Shown: positions 54,530-64,000, counted from the first letter of the stretch. The stretch is 64,000 nt of DNA from an archaeon (GCA_043826135.1 JBDRQT010000005.1:6255-70254), one strand, 5' to 3'. The notes: generated by a model from the letters alone, not told the origin. Numbers and translations are program-made.

Positions 54530-55726
54530 TTACCGATGTCTGGAGTGCTGTTTCTGGCCGCCAAATCTGTTATTGCGCCCGAAATTCCTGTTCATCGGCC
54601 TGTCGAAACCAACTTTTAACTTTTCAAATTCAGGAACATGTTCTTTCACAATATTTACCTCATTGTCCCTTAAGACAAATGCGAAATTGTCATGATCTCT
54701 GCTTGAAAGAAGATTAATTGCCATTCCATGTTCACCAGCTCTTGCAGTTCTTCCAATCCTATGGATATAGGCCTTGCTCTCCATTGGTATATCATAATTA
54801 TATATGTGCGTAACACCTTTTATATCAAGACCTCTGGATGCAACATCAGTGCAGACAAGGACTGAGAAATTCTTCTTGTGGAAATCTCCCATTGTTTTTG
54901 TCCTTTTAGCTTGAGAAAATCCACCGTGGATTGCAATAGCCTCTATACCTTGCTTGTTAAGATTTTTGCTGACAAAATCAGTTGTCCTTTGGGTATTACA
55001 GAACACCATAGATAATCCATGAGTTTCTTTTTTCAGCAAATGGACAAGCAGTGAGAATTTTGCATTGTCCTGTATATCATAATATATTTGCTTAAGCAGC
55101 TTTGCATCAACATAATGCTCCACAGAGATTCTTATTGGTTTTCTCATGTAACTATGTGCAAGATCAATTATATCAGTTGATATTGTTGCTGAAAATAACA
55201 AAGTCTGCCTGTCTTTTGGGCATTCGCCTGATATCCTTTTGACATCATCAATAAAACCCATGTCAAGCATCCTGTCTGCCTCATCAAGCACAAGGACTTT
55301 GACTTTAGAAAGGTCGATTGTTCCTCTTTGAAGATGATCAAGAAGCCTTCCTGGAGTTCCTATCACAACATCGGCCCTTTGCAGAAGCGACATTTGGGGG
55401 GATATGGATACTCCGCCATAAATAGGAATTACCAATAGATTTTGATATTTTGAGAACAATCTTATCTCTTTTGCTACCTGCTCGGCAAGTTCCCTCGTTG
55501 GAGTCAGGACCAGCGCCTGTATCCCTTTGCCTTTTACAGCCTTATGCAGTATTCCTGCAGCAAAAGCAAGGGTTTTTCCGCTGCCTGTTGCAGATTCTGC
55601 AATAACATCTTTCCCTTCAAGAATAATCGGAATAGTTTTTTCCTGTATCTCGCTTGGTTCTTCAAATTTTTGGTCTTGTATTGATTTTAGCACTGTTTGT
55701 GCTAGTCCTAGTTCATTAAATTTCAT
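54530..55726 (-). CDS. DEAD-box ATP-dependent RNA helicase
   Basis: Q motif (FEEPSEIQ), motif I AESATGSGKT, motif II VLDEADRML, motif III SAT, motif VI HRIGRTARAG. Basic RG-rich tail. ATG 55726 (MKFNELGL) is preferred to the ORF-track start at 55783. Confidence 0.9.
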   Translation of the reverse strand: MKFNELGLAQTVLKSIQDQKFEEPSEIQEKTIPIILEGKDVIAESATGSGKTLAFAAGILHKAVKGKGIQALVLTPTRELAEQVAKEIRLFSKYQNLLVIPIYGGVSISPQMSLLQRADVVIGTPGRLLDHLQRGTIDLSKVKVLVLDEADRMLDMGFIDDVKRISGECPKDRQTLLFSATISTDIIDLAHSYMRKPIRISVEHYVDAKLLKQIYYDIQDNAKFSLLVHLLKKETHGLSMVFCNTQRTTDFVSKNLNKQGIEAIAIHGGFSQAKRTKTMGDFHKKNFSVLVCTDVASRGLDIKGVTHIYNYDIPMESKAYIHRIGRTARAGEHGMAINLLSSRDHDNFAFVLRDNEVNIVKEHVPEFEKLKVGFDRPMNRNFGRNNRFGGQKQHSRHR

Positions 55727-55911
55727 TCTATTACCTCTGTACATGTAATCACAAAGTGTCAAGAAAAAGTCAATTGAGAACAATGCTTTTTCTCTCGTCT
55801 GTCAATTTTATGTAATACCTTTGGGGGGTCAGAGCTTATATATAAGAGTATGGTTTTCATAAATGATCTGCAAAAGAAAAATATAAAAACTATGCAGCCA
55901 AAAATAATACT

Positions 55912-57084
55912 ATGGCCATAATAGATAATTCTTTAATTGTTCTTGCAATCATATTATTTTTTGGGCTCATCGGGCCAGAATTCTTTAAAAAACTGAGGCT
56001 GCCGTTTGTAACATCACTTATTTTGGTCGGCGGGCTTCTTGGGCCTCATGCACTTAATATGGTCCAGTCAACCGAGGCCATTGAGTTTTTTGGGCTATTA
56101 GGATCTACATTCATTATGCTTCTTGCAGGTCTTGAAGTGAAGTGGGAATATTTTAAGAATATTCAGAAGGAGGTACTTACAATAATACTGCTAAATACAA
56201 CAATTCCTTTTATCACAGGGCTTGTTTTAATAAGGATACTTGGTTATTCCTGGGCAACATCATGGCTCGTAGGGATTATTTTTCTTTCATCATCTGTTGC
56301 GATTGTCGCATCTTCAATAAAGCAGTCGCACCTTCAGAATTCAAATATTGGTAAGATTATTATCACCATTGTTGCAATAGAAGACACCATTGGTGTACTT
56401 CTCTTTACTCTATTCACACAGGCTATAAATCCATCCACTATCTTTCCACCATTAATCTATCTTGGAATCATACTCTCTCTTATTATGCTTCTTAGGATGT
56501 TCCTTCCTGAGATATCAACCTATTACTTTAAAAAATTCAAGACAGACGATGAATATGAGTCACAGCTCAGGCTGGTTGTCGCGCTCCTTCTTTTTGTGCT
56601 GACATTTTTTTCATGGTTCGGAGTGCATCCTATAGTTGGTGCATTCTTGGTCGGAGTACTCATCTCAGATGTGATTAAATCAGAAGCGCTTCAGCATAAA
56701 CTCCATACATTGGGATATGGCCTATTTGTTCCTGTATTCTTTTTTGTCATAGGGATGCAGATGGATTTTTCTCTTCTCACTACTCCAGGTGTCAATGAAT
56801 TTCTTGTAATCTCTATTGTGCTGGGGCTTATCCTTTCGAAGTTTTTCAGCGGTTATTTTGCAGCAAAATCCCAAAATTTCACTGTCAAAGAATCAACGAT
56901 TTTCGGAGTAAGTTCCACAGCAAAACTAACCACGACACTTTCTGCCACCTATGCAGCGCTTTCTTTGAATCTGCTTGATTCGACGCTCGCAACATCACTG
57001 ATTATTTTGTCGATTGTCACGACAATGCTAGCGCCCATACTTCTGAATGTTTTATCCAAGAAGTGGAGGAGCCACAATGCTTGA
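55912..57084 (+). CDS. cation:proton antiporter (CPA2-type Na+/H+ exchanger domain)
   Basis: About 11-12 TM helices. MLLAGLEV... and the general Na_H_Exchanger layout. No KTN domain. Confidence 0.75.
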   Translation: MAIIDNSLIVLAIILFFGLIGPEFFKKLRLPFVTSLILVGGLLGPHALNMVQSTEAIEFFGLLGSTFIMLLAGLEVKWEYFKNIQKEVLTIILLNTTIPFITGLVLIRILGYSWATSWLVGIIFLSSSVAIVASSIKQSHLQNSNIGKIIITIVAIEDTIGVLLFTLFTQAINPSTIFPPLIYLGIILSLIMLLRMFLPEISTYYFKKFKTDDEYESQLRLVVALLLFVLTFFSWFGVHPIVGAFLVGVLISDVIKSEALQHKLHTLGYGLFVPVFFFVIGMQMDFSLLTTPGVNEFLVISIVLGLILSKFFSGYFAAKSQNFTVKESTIFGVSSTAKLTTTLSATYAALSLNLLDSTLATSLIILSIVTTMLAPILLNVLSKKWRSHNA

Positions 57085-58135
57085 ACATATTGCAGTTTTT
57101 GTTTTGGCATTCATATTCCTTGTGAAAGGTGCTGATGTTTTCGTTGAAGCAATCGCAAAATTCGCAAAAAAGGTAGGAGTCTCAGAATTCATAATTGGGC
57201 TTACAGTTACATCCTTCGGAACTACTTTACCAGAACTGGCATCCTCTATCAGTGCCAGTTTTCAGAACTCATCAGGACTTATCATCGGAAATATTGTTGG
57301 AAGCAATATCGCAAATATTGGTCTTATTATAGGGATTTCCTCAATAATCCATTTTATCAAGACAGAAAAAAAAATGTATGAGCGGGATGGTTATATCCTT
57401 ATAGTAAGTGTTCTTGCATTTGCTTTCTTTTCGTATGACGGATTTATAACATTAGGAGAAGGAATCGTGCTGCTGCTAATATATATAATATATATACTGT
57501 TCCTTATGAATACAAAAGGAAAACATGCGACCAGGTATAAATTTCATGATTTTCTTGCATATATGCTTGATTTCAAGTATATTGCAACAATCAGAAGCTG
57601 GCTGGTCAAAGATGCACTAAAGACTCCCGCGACTAAAAGGACAGCGACTGAAAAGAAAGTTGTTGGATTGTTTGAAGAAAGCCTGCTGATGGACATTGTG
57701 ATTGCGATATCATCAATTGTCGCCATAATTTTCGGTGCCAAATATTTAGTGAATGAATCATTGTTGCTTGCAAACCTGTTTCATGTTCCGGAGGCATTAA
57801 TAGGCTTATCAATTATTGCTATCGGAACATCTTTGCCAGAACTGACTGTAGCTATTGTAGCGGCCAGGAAAGGCCATGGGCATCTTGCGATAGGGAATAT
57901 TTTCGGCGCCAACATTGCTAATCTATTGATGACTATAGGTATCTCTTCATTGATTAGGCCGGTACAGGTGTCTACAAACGCACTTATGTACACGATTCCC
58001 ATAATGGGGTTTTTCAGCCTGGCGCTTGTGTACTTCATCAAGCATAATAAAAAGATAGGCAAACGAGAGGGAATCATAGCGCTTGTCAGTTACTTTGCGT
58101 TTATGACTTTTGCATTTGTCAAAGGACTTGGATAA
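57077..58135 (+). CDS. CaCA family Ca2+/Na+ antiporter (YrbG-like)
   Basis: Two alpha-repeats, GTTLPELASSI and GTSLPELTVAI, each followed by GNI(V/F)GSNIAN. ATG 57077 lies 7 nt after GGAGGA and overlaps the upstream gene by 8 nt. Confidence 0.85.
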   Translation: MLEHIAVFVLAFIFLVKGADVFVEAIAKFAKKVGVSEFIIGLTVTSFGTTLPELASSISASFQNSSGLIIGNIVGSNIANIGLIIGISSIIHFIKTEKKMYERDGYILIVSVLAFAFFSYDGFITLGEGIVLLLIYIIYILFLMNTKGKHATRYKFHDFLAYMLDFKYIATIRSWLVKDALKTPATKRTATEKKVVGLFEESLLMDIVIAISSIVAIIFGAKYLVNESLLLANLFHVPEALIGLSIIAIGTSLPELTVAIVAARKGHGHLAIGNIFGANIANLLMTIGISSLIRPVQVSTNALMYTIPIMGFFSLALVYFIKHNKKIGKREGIIALVSYFAFMTFAFVKGLG

Positions 58136-58173
58136 TCAAAATAAATAAATATTACATACAACTTCTACCAATC

Positions 58174-59421
58174 ATGAAAAAATACATCTTATTGGTAGTT
58201 CTCATATTTATTATTTCCAATGCATCGGCGAGTGATATTTCAAAAATACAGGAGAGGACGAATGAAGCAAGCATTCTTATCGAGGATTTTTTTGATTCGG
58301 TAGATAGAAGCGATATATTGATTGTGACAGGAAGCGAGATAAGCCTAGAGGATAAGATACTTTTCAATCTTATCAAATCAAATGTGAATGGTATCCAGGG
58401 AATTGAGATTGACACAGACGATAATGTTCTTGAAAAAACCGAAAAATTGGATAAGTCACTAGTCCTGATAGGAAGCAAGAAGACCAATCTTGTGAGCAAA
58501 GAACTAAATAGTGATCTAGTTGACATGAACCAGACGAATTTCTCACCGCTCATTGTTACAACTGCCCATACTCTAGCAGGAAAAAAAATTCTGCAGATTT
58601 TCAGCGAGAAAGAGATCAACAATAATAAAAACAGCGCGGGAAGCAAATCACCTCTGGCAGGGATTATCCCTGAAAAATATGTGCCTTTAGCTGCCACTTC
58701 TATAAGTCTGCTCCTGCTTTATCTATGGAGCATTATCGGAAGAACTGTTGCAAATATTTTCAATGATTTAGTCTCTTCAAAAGTCATCGGCAGATTTTCA
58801 AAAGATAAGAAGATCACAAAAAAGAAAGTGCATGAGATAAAACCGCATGAGTTTGTAAATCATAAAGAGATGATTGCTTTCTTCGTGACCGTCGTAGCAT
58901 TTGCAATAACCTTGAGCTGGACATGGTCATCTGATTTTAGTGAATTCAAAAATATGTTTTTTTTGAACCTTGCAGTTGTTGCAGTGATATCTTTATTAAG
59001 GGAACTTGCGAGACTCGTATTCTGCTACAGAAATAAACTAAGGAGCGAATATGTATTCTGGCCGTTTGGCAGCGTTCTAACGTTTGTCAGCACATTCCTT
59101 GGAAACACATTCTCTATGGTGTCATACACTCTTCTTGACGAGGATGAGATAGACGAGAAGAGATTCGGAAAATCTGTATTTATCATATCAGTTCTTACAT
59201 ATCTTGTTGCAATCGCGACATATGTATTTAACATTATTAGCCCAAGCCTGATTTTGCAGATGATATTTGTATATTGCATCATGATACTATTCATTGAGAT
59301 GTTTCCATTGCCACCCATGGCAGGAGCAGATATCAGAAAGTGGAACCTGCCAGTTTGGATATTTTCCTATCTCTTGATAATAATATCTTATGTATATATG
59401 AACTTCACAATATACATCTAG
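58174..59421 (+). CDS. site-2 protease (peptidase M50)-like membrane protein lacking the metal ligands (pseudo-protease)
   Basis: Signal peptide plus a roughly 170-aa ectodomain, then TM helices. ISLLRELARLVFCYRNKLRSEYVFWPFGSVL aligns to the M50 pattern ..LHELGHAL....G......LLPFGG.. with HExxH replaced by RExxR. EMFPLPPMAGADI aligns to NLLPxxPLDGG with Asp replaced by Ala. Confidence 0.6.
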   Translation: MKKYILLVVLIFIISNASASDISKIQERTNEASILIEDFFDSVDRSDILIVTGSEISLEDKILFNLIKSNVNGIQGIEIDTDDNVLEKTEKLDKSLVLIGSKKTNLVSKELNSDLVDMNQTNFSPLIVTTAHTLAGKKILQIFSEKEINNNKNSAGSKSPLAGIIPEKYVPLAATSISLLLLYLWSIIGRTVANIFNDLVSSKVIGRFSKDKKITKKKVHEIKPHEFVNHKEMIAFFVTVVAFAITLSWTWSSDFSEFKNMFFLNLAVVAVISLLRELARLVFCYRNKLRSEYVFWPFGSVLTFVSTFLGNTFSMVSYTLLDEDEIDEKRFGKSVFIISVLTYLVAIATYVFNIISPSLILQMIFVYCIMILFIEMFPLPPMAGADIRKWNLPVWIFSYLLIIISYVYMNFTIYI

Positions 59422-60950
59422 TGTCTATCCAATTCAGAATCAACCTCAAAGACAAGTTTATGTAGGTTATCTTCATCAAGGCCGCCGTCATTTGCCAGTT
59501 CCATATAGATGTTTTTCTTTAGCATCAATAGCTCTTCTTTTATCTCTTTATACCTATCTTTAAATATATGTTTGCCATCATCAATCTTGTCTATATTCGC
59601 ATTTATTTTTTTCAAATCAGAAGATATCTCTTTATCGAGTTTAGCTAGCTTCTCATCAGATATGCGGCCTTCTCTATGCATTCTCCTGATTTCGTCCAGT
59701 GTCTGGTTCAAAGCTACCCTTTTGGCATAGAGATACTGATATTTTGTCTTTTTTTCTGATTTTTTTATGATGCCAAGACTATTAATTATGGGTGCCATTG
59801 TAAACCCTTGCACAACAAGAGAAAATAAGACTCCGCCATAGACCATCGCGGAAATTTCTTCTTTATAGAGTATTGCAGGAAGTCCAAGTATCAAGGCCAC
59901 AGGGACGCTTCCATGTATCCCGCCCCAATTAATTATGTGAAACCATTTTTTATCAAGCTTGGATTTTGACAGATTCAGGATAAAAAGTATCCCATATACT
60001 GCTACGCTTCTTGCAGCAATTACAGCAAGTATACCTATTAATATATAATACCAATAATTTACCAGAGTGACAATCGGTATCTGAAGTCCTATCAATATAA
60101 ATATCAAAGAATTAATTATGAATGCGACGATTTCCCAGAAAGAATTGATTGCAATCCTCACACTTGGCCCCATTGCAAGTCTTTTTCCTGTATTGCCCAT
60201 CAGCATTCCTCCGGCAACAACTGCCATCACACCAGAGACATGGAAGAAATGTTCCGCTATTATAAACGAGGCATATGCAAGTATTAATGTTATCAAGACT
60301 TCAATTGTATTATCTTCGATTGATCTGCAGAATTGATAAGCAAAATATCCTATGATTAGGCCGACAGCAAGGCCACCCAGGCTTACGACAATAAATTCTT
60401 GTATTGTTCCGGTGAGGCTAAAAGTTCCTGTCTCGATTAATCCCAATATGATAATGAACATAACAATGCCAGTTCCGTCATTGAAGATGCTTTCTCCCTC
60501 AACAATAACTGAGAGCTTCTTATCAACACCAAGCTTTTTGAATAGTGCAAGAACAGATATCGGATCAGTAGGAGCGATGATCGCGCCGAAAAGCAGCGCA
60601 TATAGGAGAGGGATGCCCAGGAAATGATTAACAATAAGACCAATAACTGCTGTAGTTATTATGATCCCGAAAAAGGCAAGGCTTCCTATCACCTTCAGAT
60701 TTTCTTTCAGGTGATTTGCGTCAAAATGAATCGCGCCTTCAAACAATAATGGAGGCAGGAAAAAGAAGAAGATCATCTCTTTTGTGAGTTCGATGTGGGT
60801 GATATTGAAAAAGCTGATTATTATTCCAAACAGGACAAGGGCAATAGTGTAGGGGACCTTGATATATTTCTTGACTGCAATCGCAATCACAACAGACAAT
60901 GTAAGCAGAATAACAAAATCAAGCTCTGAACCAACAATCCCGGCACTCAT
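59418..60950 (-). CDS. NhaP-type (CPA1) Na+/H+ antiporter with C-terminal coiled-coil tail
   Basis: PPLLFEGAIHFD, APTDPISVLALFKKLG, GESIFNDGTGIVMF. About 12 TM helices plus a charged C-terminal roughly 110 aa. Confidence 0.85.
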   Translation of the reverse strand: MSAGIVGSELDFVILLTLSVVIAIAVKKYIKVPYTIALVLFGIIISFFNITHIELTKEMIFFFFLPPLLFEGAIHFDANHLKENLKVIGSLAFFGIIITTAVIGLIVNHFLGIPLLYALLFGAIIAPTDPISVLALFKKLGVDKKLSVIVEGESIFNDGTGIVMFIIILGLIETGTFSLTGTIQEFIVVSLGGLAVGLIIGYFAYQFCRSIEDNTIEVLITLILAYASFIIAEHFFHVSGVMAVVAGGMLMGNTGKRLAMGPSVRIAINSFWEIVAFIINSLIFILIGLQIPIVTLVNYWYYILIGILAVIAARSVAVYGILFILNLSKSKLDKKWFHIINWGGIHGSVPVALILGLPAILYKEEISAMVYGGVLFSLVVQGFTMAPIINSLGIIKKSEKKTKYQYLYAKRVALNQTLDEIRRMHREGRISDEKLAKLDKEISSDLKKINANIDKIDDGKHIFKDRYKEIKEELLMLKKNIYMELANDGGLDEDNLHKLVFEVDSELDRH

Positions 60951-61044
60951 ATCGATTGGTTTAGGATAAGTAATATAAAAAAGTTTCCAGTAGATATTTC
61001 CTAAACAATAAACTTATTAAATCAATCCATCAACTTTCTGTGTA

Positions 61045-61740
61045 ATGGCTCAAAGAAAGAAAATCATATGCGAGATTTGCAGGACAAAACACAGGAAGAT
61101 AAGGATGATCCCTTTATCGCGACTTAATAAATCCTTTCTTGACACGCTTTCAGAATCACATCCGGAAATAAAAGACGGTTACATCTGTCTATCAGACTTC
61201 AACAAGCTATCTTTTGAAACAATGAAAGACAGCCTGGAAGAAGAAAAAGGAGACCTTTCAGATATTGAAGAAGAAGTAGTAGACAGCCTCGAGGACAATG
61301 AAGTCATCTCTGAAAACATTAACGAGCTGTATCAAAAACAATTGTCTTTCGGCGAAAAATTTGCTGACAGGATAGCTGAATTTGGAGGGAGCTGGACATT
61401 CATCTTCATCTTCTTTATCATAATGCTTATGTGGATAACCTATAATACAATTAATTTTTTTCATCCTTTTGATAAATATCCTTTCATCTTGCTCAACCTT
61501 TGTTTGTCAACTGTCGCTGCTATCCAGGCACCTGTAATTCTTATGAGCCAGAACAGGCAGGCTGAAAGGGACAGGTTCGCGGCTGAAGAAGATTACAAGA
61601 TTAATTTAAAGGCGGAACTTCAGATTCAGCAGATTGGGCATAAGCTGAGCAATCTTGTCGATAATCAAATCACACCTATCCTTGAGAATCAGGATATTAT
61701 GCTCAGAGAGATTGAAGAGCTTAGGGAAAAATTGAAGTGA
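61045..61740 (+). CDS. DUF1003 family membrane protein
   Basis: GGSWTFIFIF...FDKYPFILLNLCLSTVAAIQAPVILMSQNRQAERDR..AEEDYKINLKAELQI matches the DUF1003 signature. Confidence 0.8.
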   Translation: MAQRKKIICEICRTKHRKIRMIPLSRLNKSFLDTLSESHPEIKDGYICLSDFNKLSFETMKDSLEEEKGDLSDIEEEVVDSLEDNEVISENINELYQKQLSFGEKFADRIAEFGGSWTFIFIFFIIMLMWITYNTINFFHPFDKYPFILLNLCLSTVAAIQAPVILMSQNRQAERDRFAAEEDYKINLKAELQIQQIGHKLSNLVDNQITPILENQDIMLREIEELREKLK

Positions 61741-61863
61741 ATATCATCACCAGAATAATTATTTTCTGTGTCTTCTAATCTAATAAAGCAAGAAAATAAA
61801 GCAAGAAGAAACAATTTTATATTAGTTTGATTAACTTCCTTTAATTTGATTGGGGTGAGGGAA

Positions 61864-64000
61864 TTGAATAAAAAGATTTCTATTGTATTGATAGCATTAA
61901 TCTTGCTTGCATCATCGGCTGCTTATGATATAGTTGAAGGAGACGCCAAGTCAACTAAAGATCCTTTATTTCTTGAATTTGTGGGTGATGTCCATCATTA
62001 TATGCCGACTACAGTCAAATTGCACATCAATGACCCAATCATAAAAAAAGAAGCCCAGTATGCTGAGATTTCAACATCAGAATATGCATATTCCCTAGAC
62101 GGAAATAAGATTGTCGATACTTCCGGAGGCACTTTCAGGCAGACCATGAAATATGACGGCCAGGATAACTTGCAGTTCGGATTCAGGACTCAAACGTATC
62201 CCAAACAGAAAACAAGCATCTCAGTGGACTTCTATAAAGTGAAATTCAGCGATGAAGAATATCCTGATACATCAGCAGGAACTGAATTTGAAGGATATAA
62301 TTGCGGCAGGGAGTACAGCAAATTGTTCTGCCAGGCGGATAGTTGCACAGTTTGCGCTTATTATTTGGGCTCAATCATCAGAGAGTATGTGGTTTCAGAG
62401 ACAACAGAAACCATATCAACACCAGGAAGGTTTGATTTTGTGGATGAAAAAAAGGCTGATAAAAGCATAAATGAATTTACAGTTAACTTTGAAAAATTTT
62501 CCCACAATGCTGAAGTGAATGTAATTAATAATCTCGGAAAGCCATACACAGGTCCTGAAAATTATTACTTGCGATTAACAAGCAGTCCTGGTTTCAAGGA
62601 TCTATCTGAGCAAAAAGAATTCCAGATGAGGTTTGCAAAGCAGGGGTATCAGGAAGTCAAAGAAACAACTCCTCCTGGTGGAATGACTGGCGGATTTGCA
62701 TTTGAAGCACTAACCTATACTCCACCAAAGGATATGGGTGAAAAAGCAAACTTTGAATGGGCTGATATTAAATATAAACTTATGACTGAGCTCCTGCCAA
62801 AAGGATCAGGATACTTGACTGTTGAAGCATCTAGGTATGGGCCTGTCGGCAAAGGCCAGGCTGCTGCTGAAAGAGACAGAGTCATATCAGAAGTCAAAAG
62901 TTTTGTTGCCAGCTATACTCTAACTCCTGGACCAGTATACAAGCCCAGCGAAGAGCTGAGGCACACGTATTATGTAAGGGATCTGGGGCAAAAAGTAGAA
63001 GAGACAACAGACCTTTATGTTTATGGAACTGTTGCGGATACAGACTCAAATCCGATGCCGTATGTTATGCTTGAAGTCCAGCTAAACAAAGAGGCATATC
63101 AAGGAAGGACTGATGAGAACGGGGATTTCTCGATCAAGATAGATGGGATTAAACTGAAGCAAGGAGAGGAAGCAAATGCCAAGATCCTTGTTGGTTTTAA
63201 TTACGAAAGGGACGGAAAACAATATTTTTTTATGCGAAACCTTGCCGGAAATATCTACAAAGACATAATTGTGGCAAAAGAGTTCACTGTCAAGGAAGGT
63301 GAGAATTCAGAATTGCACCTCAAGCTTGACGGGGCAAACGACCCGAAAATCACTTCGACAGTCCACCCTTATTCTGATGTAAAATCATTGTCAGTAATGT
63401 ACTATCATTTTCATGAGGCGGTTGATTTTGCTCTGACAAAACTGAAGGCAAATATAGAGCTTGGGATTCCAGTAGACATTTCAGTCGGAAATGCACAGGG
63501 CAATACATGGTATGATTACGGGCCTCATCAGATTCTGATTTCTGCAAATACTGCATCTTACACAAGCAAAGACAAACCAAAAAACAGGGAATACCATGAA
63601 TTTAGCCATCATCTATTATATAGTCAATATGGCGGTGATTTGCCTACAGGAAGAAGAGCAGCCGGCACAGTTGCACATGGCGGGTTCACCAATCCAAACA
63701 CTGCAGATTCATTCATCGAAGGTTTTGCTGAATTTAACGCACTTGCAATATCTAAGGATAGAGGCGATAAGAATCCTGAACTATATGCATCCTGGGGAAG
63801 TCTCGAGCAAAATTTAAAGCCATATGATGGAGGAGTTGTCGGGGAGGAAATGTCTATTGCCGGAATCCTTTGGGATCTGTACGATACTAATAATGATAAA
63901 GGAGACAGCATGTCCCTTTCGCTTGATGAAATATGGGATATTCTCAAGGTAAAGAGAGCTGATTTCTATGAATATTACAAAGCTTTCAAAGCAGCGTATC
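61864..64000 (+). CDS. secreted zinc metalloprotease-like protein with CarboxypepD_reg-like domain (3' partial; not in ORF track because it has no stop in the window)
   Basis: The frame is open from 61855/61864 to the window end. Signal peptide NKKISIVLIALILLASSAAYD. YGTVADTDSNPMPYVMLEVQLNKEAYQGRTDENGDFSI. HExxH in NREYHEFSHHLLY. TATA-like TTTTATATT at 61815-61823. The start (GTG 61855 or TTG 61864) is uncertain. Confidence 0.7.
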   Translation, partial: MNKKISIVLIALILLASSAAYDIVEGDAKSTKDPLFLEFVGDVHHYMPTTVKLHINDPIIKKEAQYAEISTSEYAYSLDGNKIVDTSGGTFRQTMKYDGQDNLQFGFRTQTYPKQKTSISVDFYKVKFSDEEYPDTSAGTEFEGYNCGREYSKLFCQADSCTVCAYYLGSIIREYVVSETTETISTPGRFDFVDEKKADKSINEFTVNFEKFSHNAEVNVINNLGKPYTGPENYYLRLTSSPGFKDLSEQKEFQMRFAKQGYQEVKETTPPGGMTGGFAFEALTYTPPKDMGEKANFEWADIKYKLMTELLPKGSGYLTVEASRYGPVGKGQAAAERDRVISEVKSFVASYTLTPGPVYKPSEELRHTYYVRDLGQKVEETTDLYVYGTVADTDSNPMPYVMLEVQLNKEAYQGRTDENGDFSIKIDGIKLKQGEEANAKILVGFNYERDGKQYFFMRNLAGNIYKDIIVAKEFTVKEGENSELHLKLDGANDPKITSTVHPYSDVKSLSVMYYHFHEAVDFALTKLKANIELGIPVDISVGNAQGNTWYDYGPHQILISANTASYTSKDKPKNREYHEFSHHLLYSQYGGDLPTGRRAAGTVAHGGFTNPNTADSFIEGFAEFNALAISKDRGDKNPELYASWGSLEQNLKPYDGGVVGEEMSIAGILWDLYDTNNDKGDSMSLSLDEIWDILKVKRADFYEYYKAFKAAY

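Noticed and set aside
58152-58697. 181-aa minus-strand ORF overlapping the pseudo-S2P gene
   Set aside because: Low-complexity Ser/Leu/Phe-rich translation with no promoter or SD. The plus-strand gene has a signal peptide and an M50-like core.
1-64000. CRISPR arrays, rRNA genes, transposases/integrases, pilus-assembly ATPase genes
   Set aside because: I looked for regularly spaced direct repeats, rRNA-like GC-rich blocks, DDE/tyrosine-recombinase-like ORFs and Walker A/B secretion ATPases. None was found in this window. The only GxxGxGKT-type P-loop seen belongs to the DEAD-box helicase.

Overview
AT-rich window (about one-third GC by eye) that reads as a small-genome, DPANN-like archaeon. 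Supporting evidence: an archaeal-type MBF1 (Zn ribbon + HTH + C-terminal TIGD motif); TTTATATA-type box A elements 22-30 nt upstream of many start codons, implying leaderless first genes; GGAGG/GGTG Shine-Dalgarno motifs and 1-8 nt overlaps on internal operon genes; and about 20 ORFs with class III (prepilin-like) N-termini. TGA, TAA and TAG all act as stops.

Recognisable housekeeping genes: tRNA-Thr(CGU), pyrG, gyrA, an RsmC-like methyltransferase, a THUMP RNA methyltransferase, MBF1, a rhomboid protease, a DEAD-box helicase, three cation transporters and a DUF1003 protein.

Most of the window is accessory cell-surface coding:
- A subtilase and a 3120-aa LamG / beta-propeller / DUF2341 giant protein that share a C-terminal anchoring module.
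- A 22.7-kb all-minus-strand super-locus (28976-51660). It encodes at least 14 prepilin-like ORFs, two six-cysteine mini-pilins, and giant Cys-rich proteins of 1372, 981 and 977 aa. At its 3' end it has two peptidoglycan-hydrolase proteins: an NlpC/P60 enzyme and a 1153-aa protein combining lytic transglycosylase, amidase and beta-lactamase-like domains.
- A 3-gene pilin-like cassette from that locus is duplicated at 2665-4679, next to a 611-aa paralog of the 1372-aa protein.

No pilus-assembly ATPase, platform protein or prepilin peptidase is visible in the window. I read the super-locus as a candidate undescribed pilus-like surface apparatus coupled to murein-degrading enzymes in an organism that should lack murein.

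Other notable points:
- A Bro-N gene cassette is inserted behind the rhomboid gene, flanked by a duplicated rhomboid 3' end and interrupted by an in-frame TGA.
- A tRNA 5' fragment is duplicated upstream of tRNA-Thr.
- A five-bladed propeller is nested inside a LamG domain.
- A CUB-like insert sits inside the subtilase catalytic domain.
- An M50 (S2P) homolog has all three metal ligands replaced.
- Three tiny Zn-ribbon ORFs follow the DEAD-box helicase.

No CRISPR array, rRNA gene or transposase was seen.
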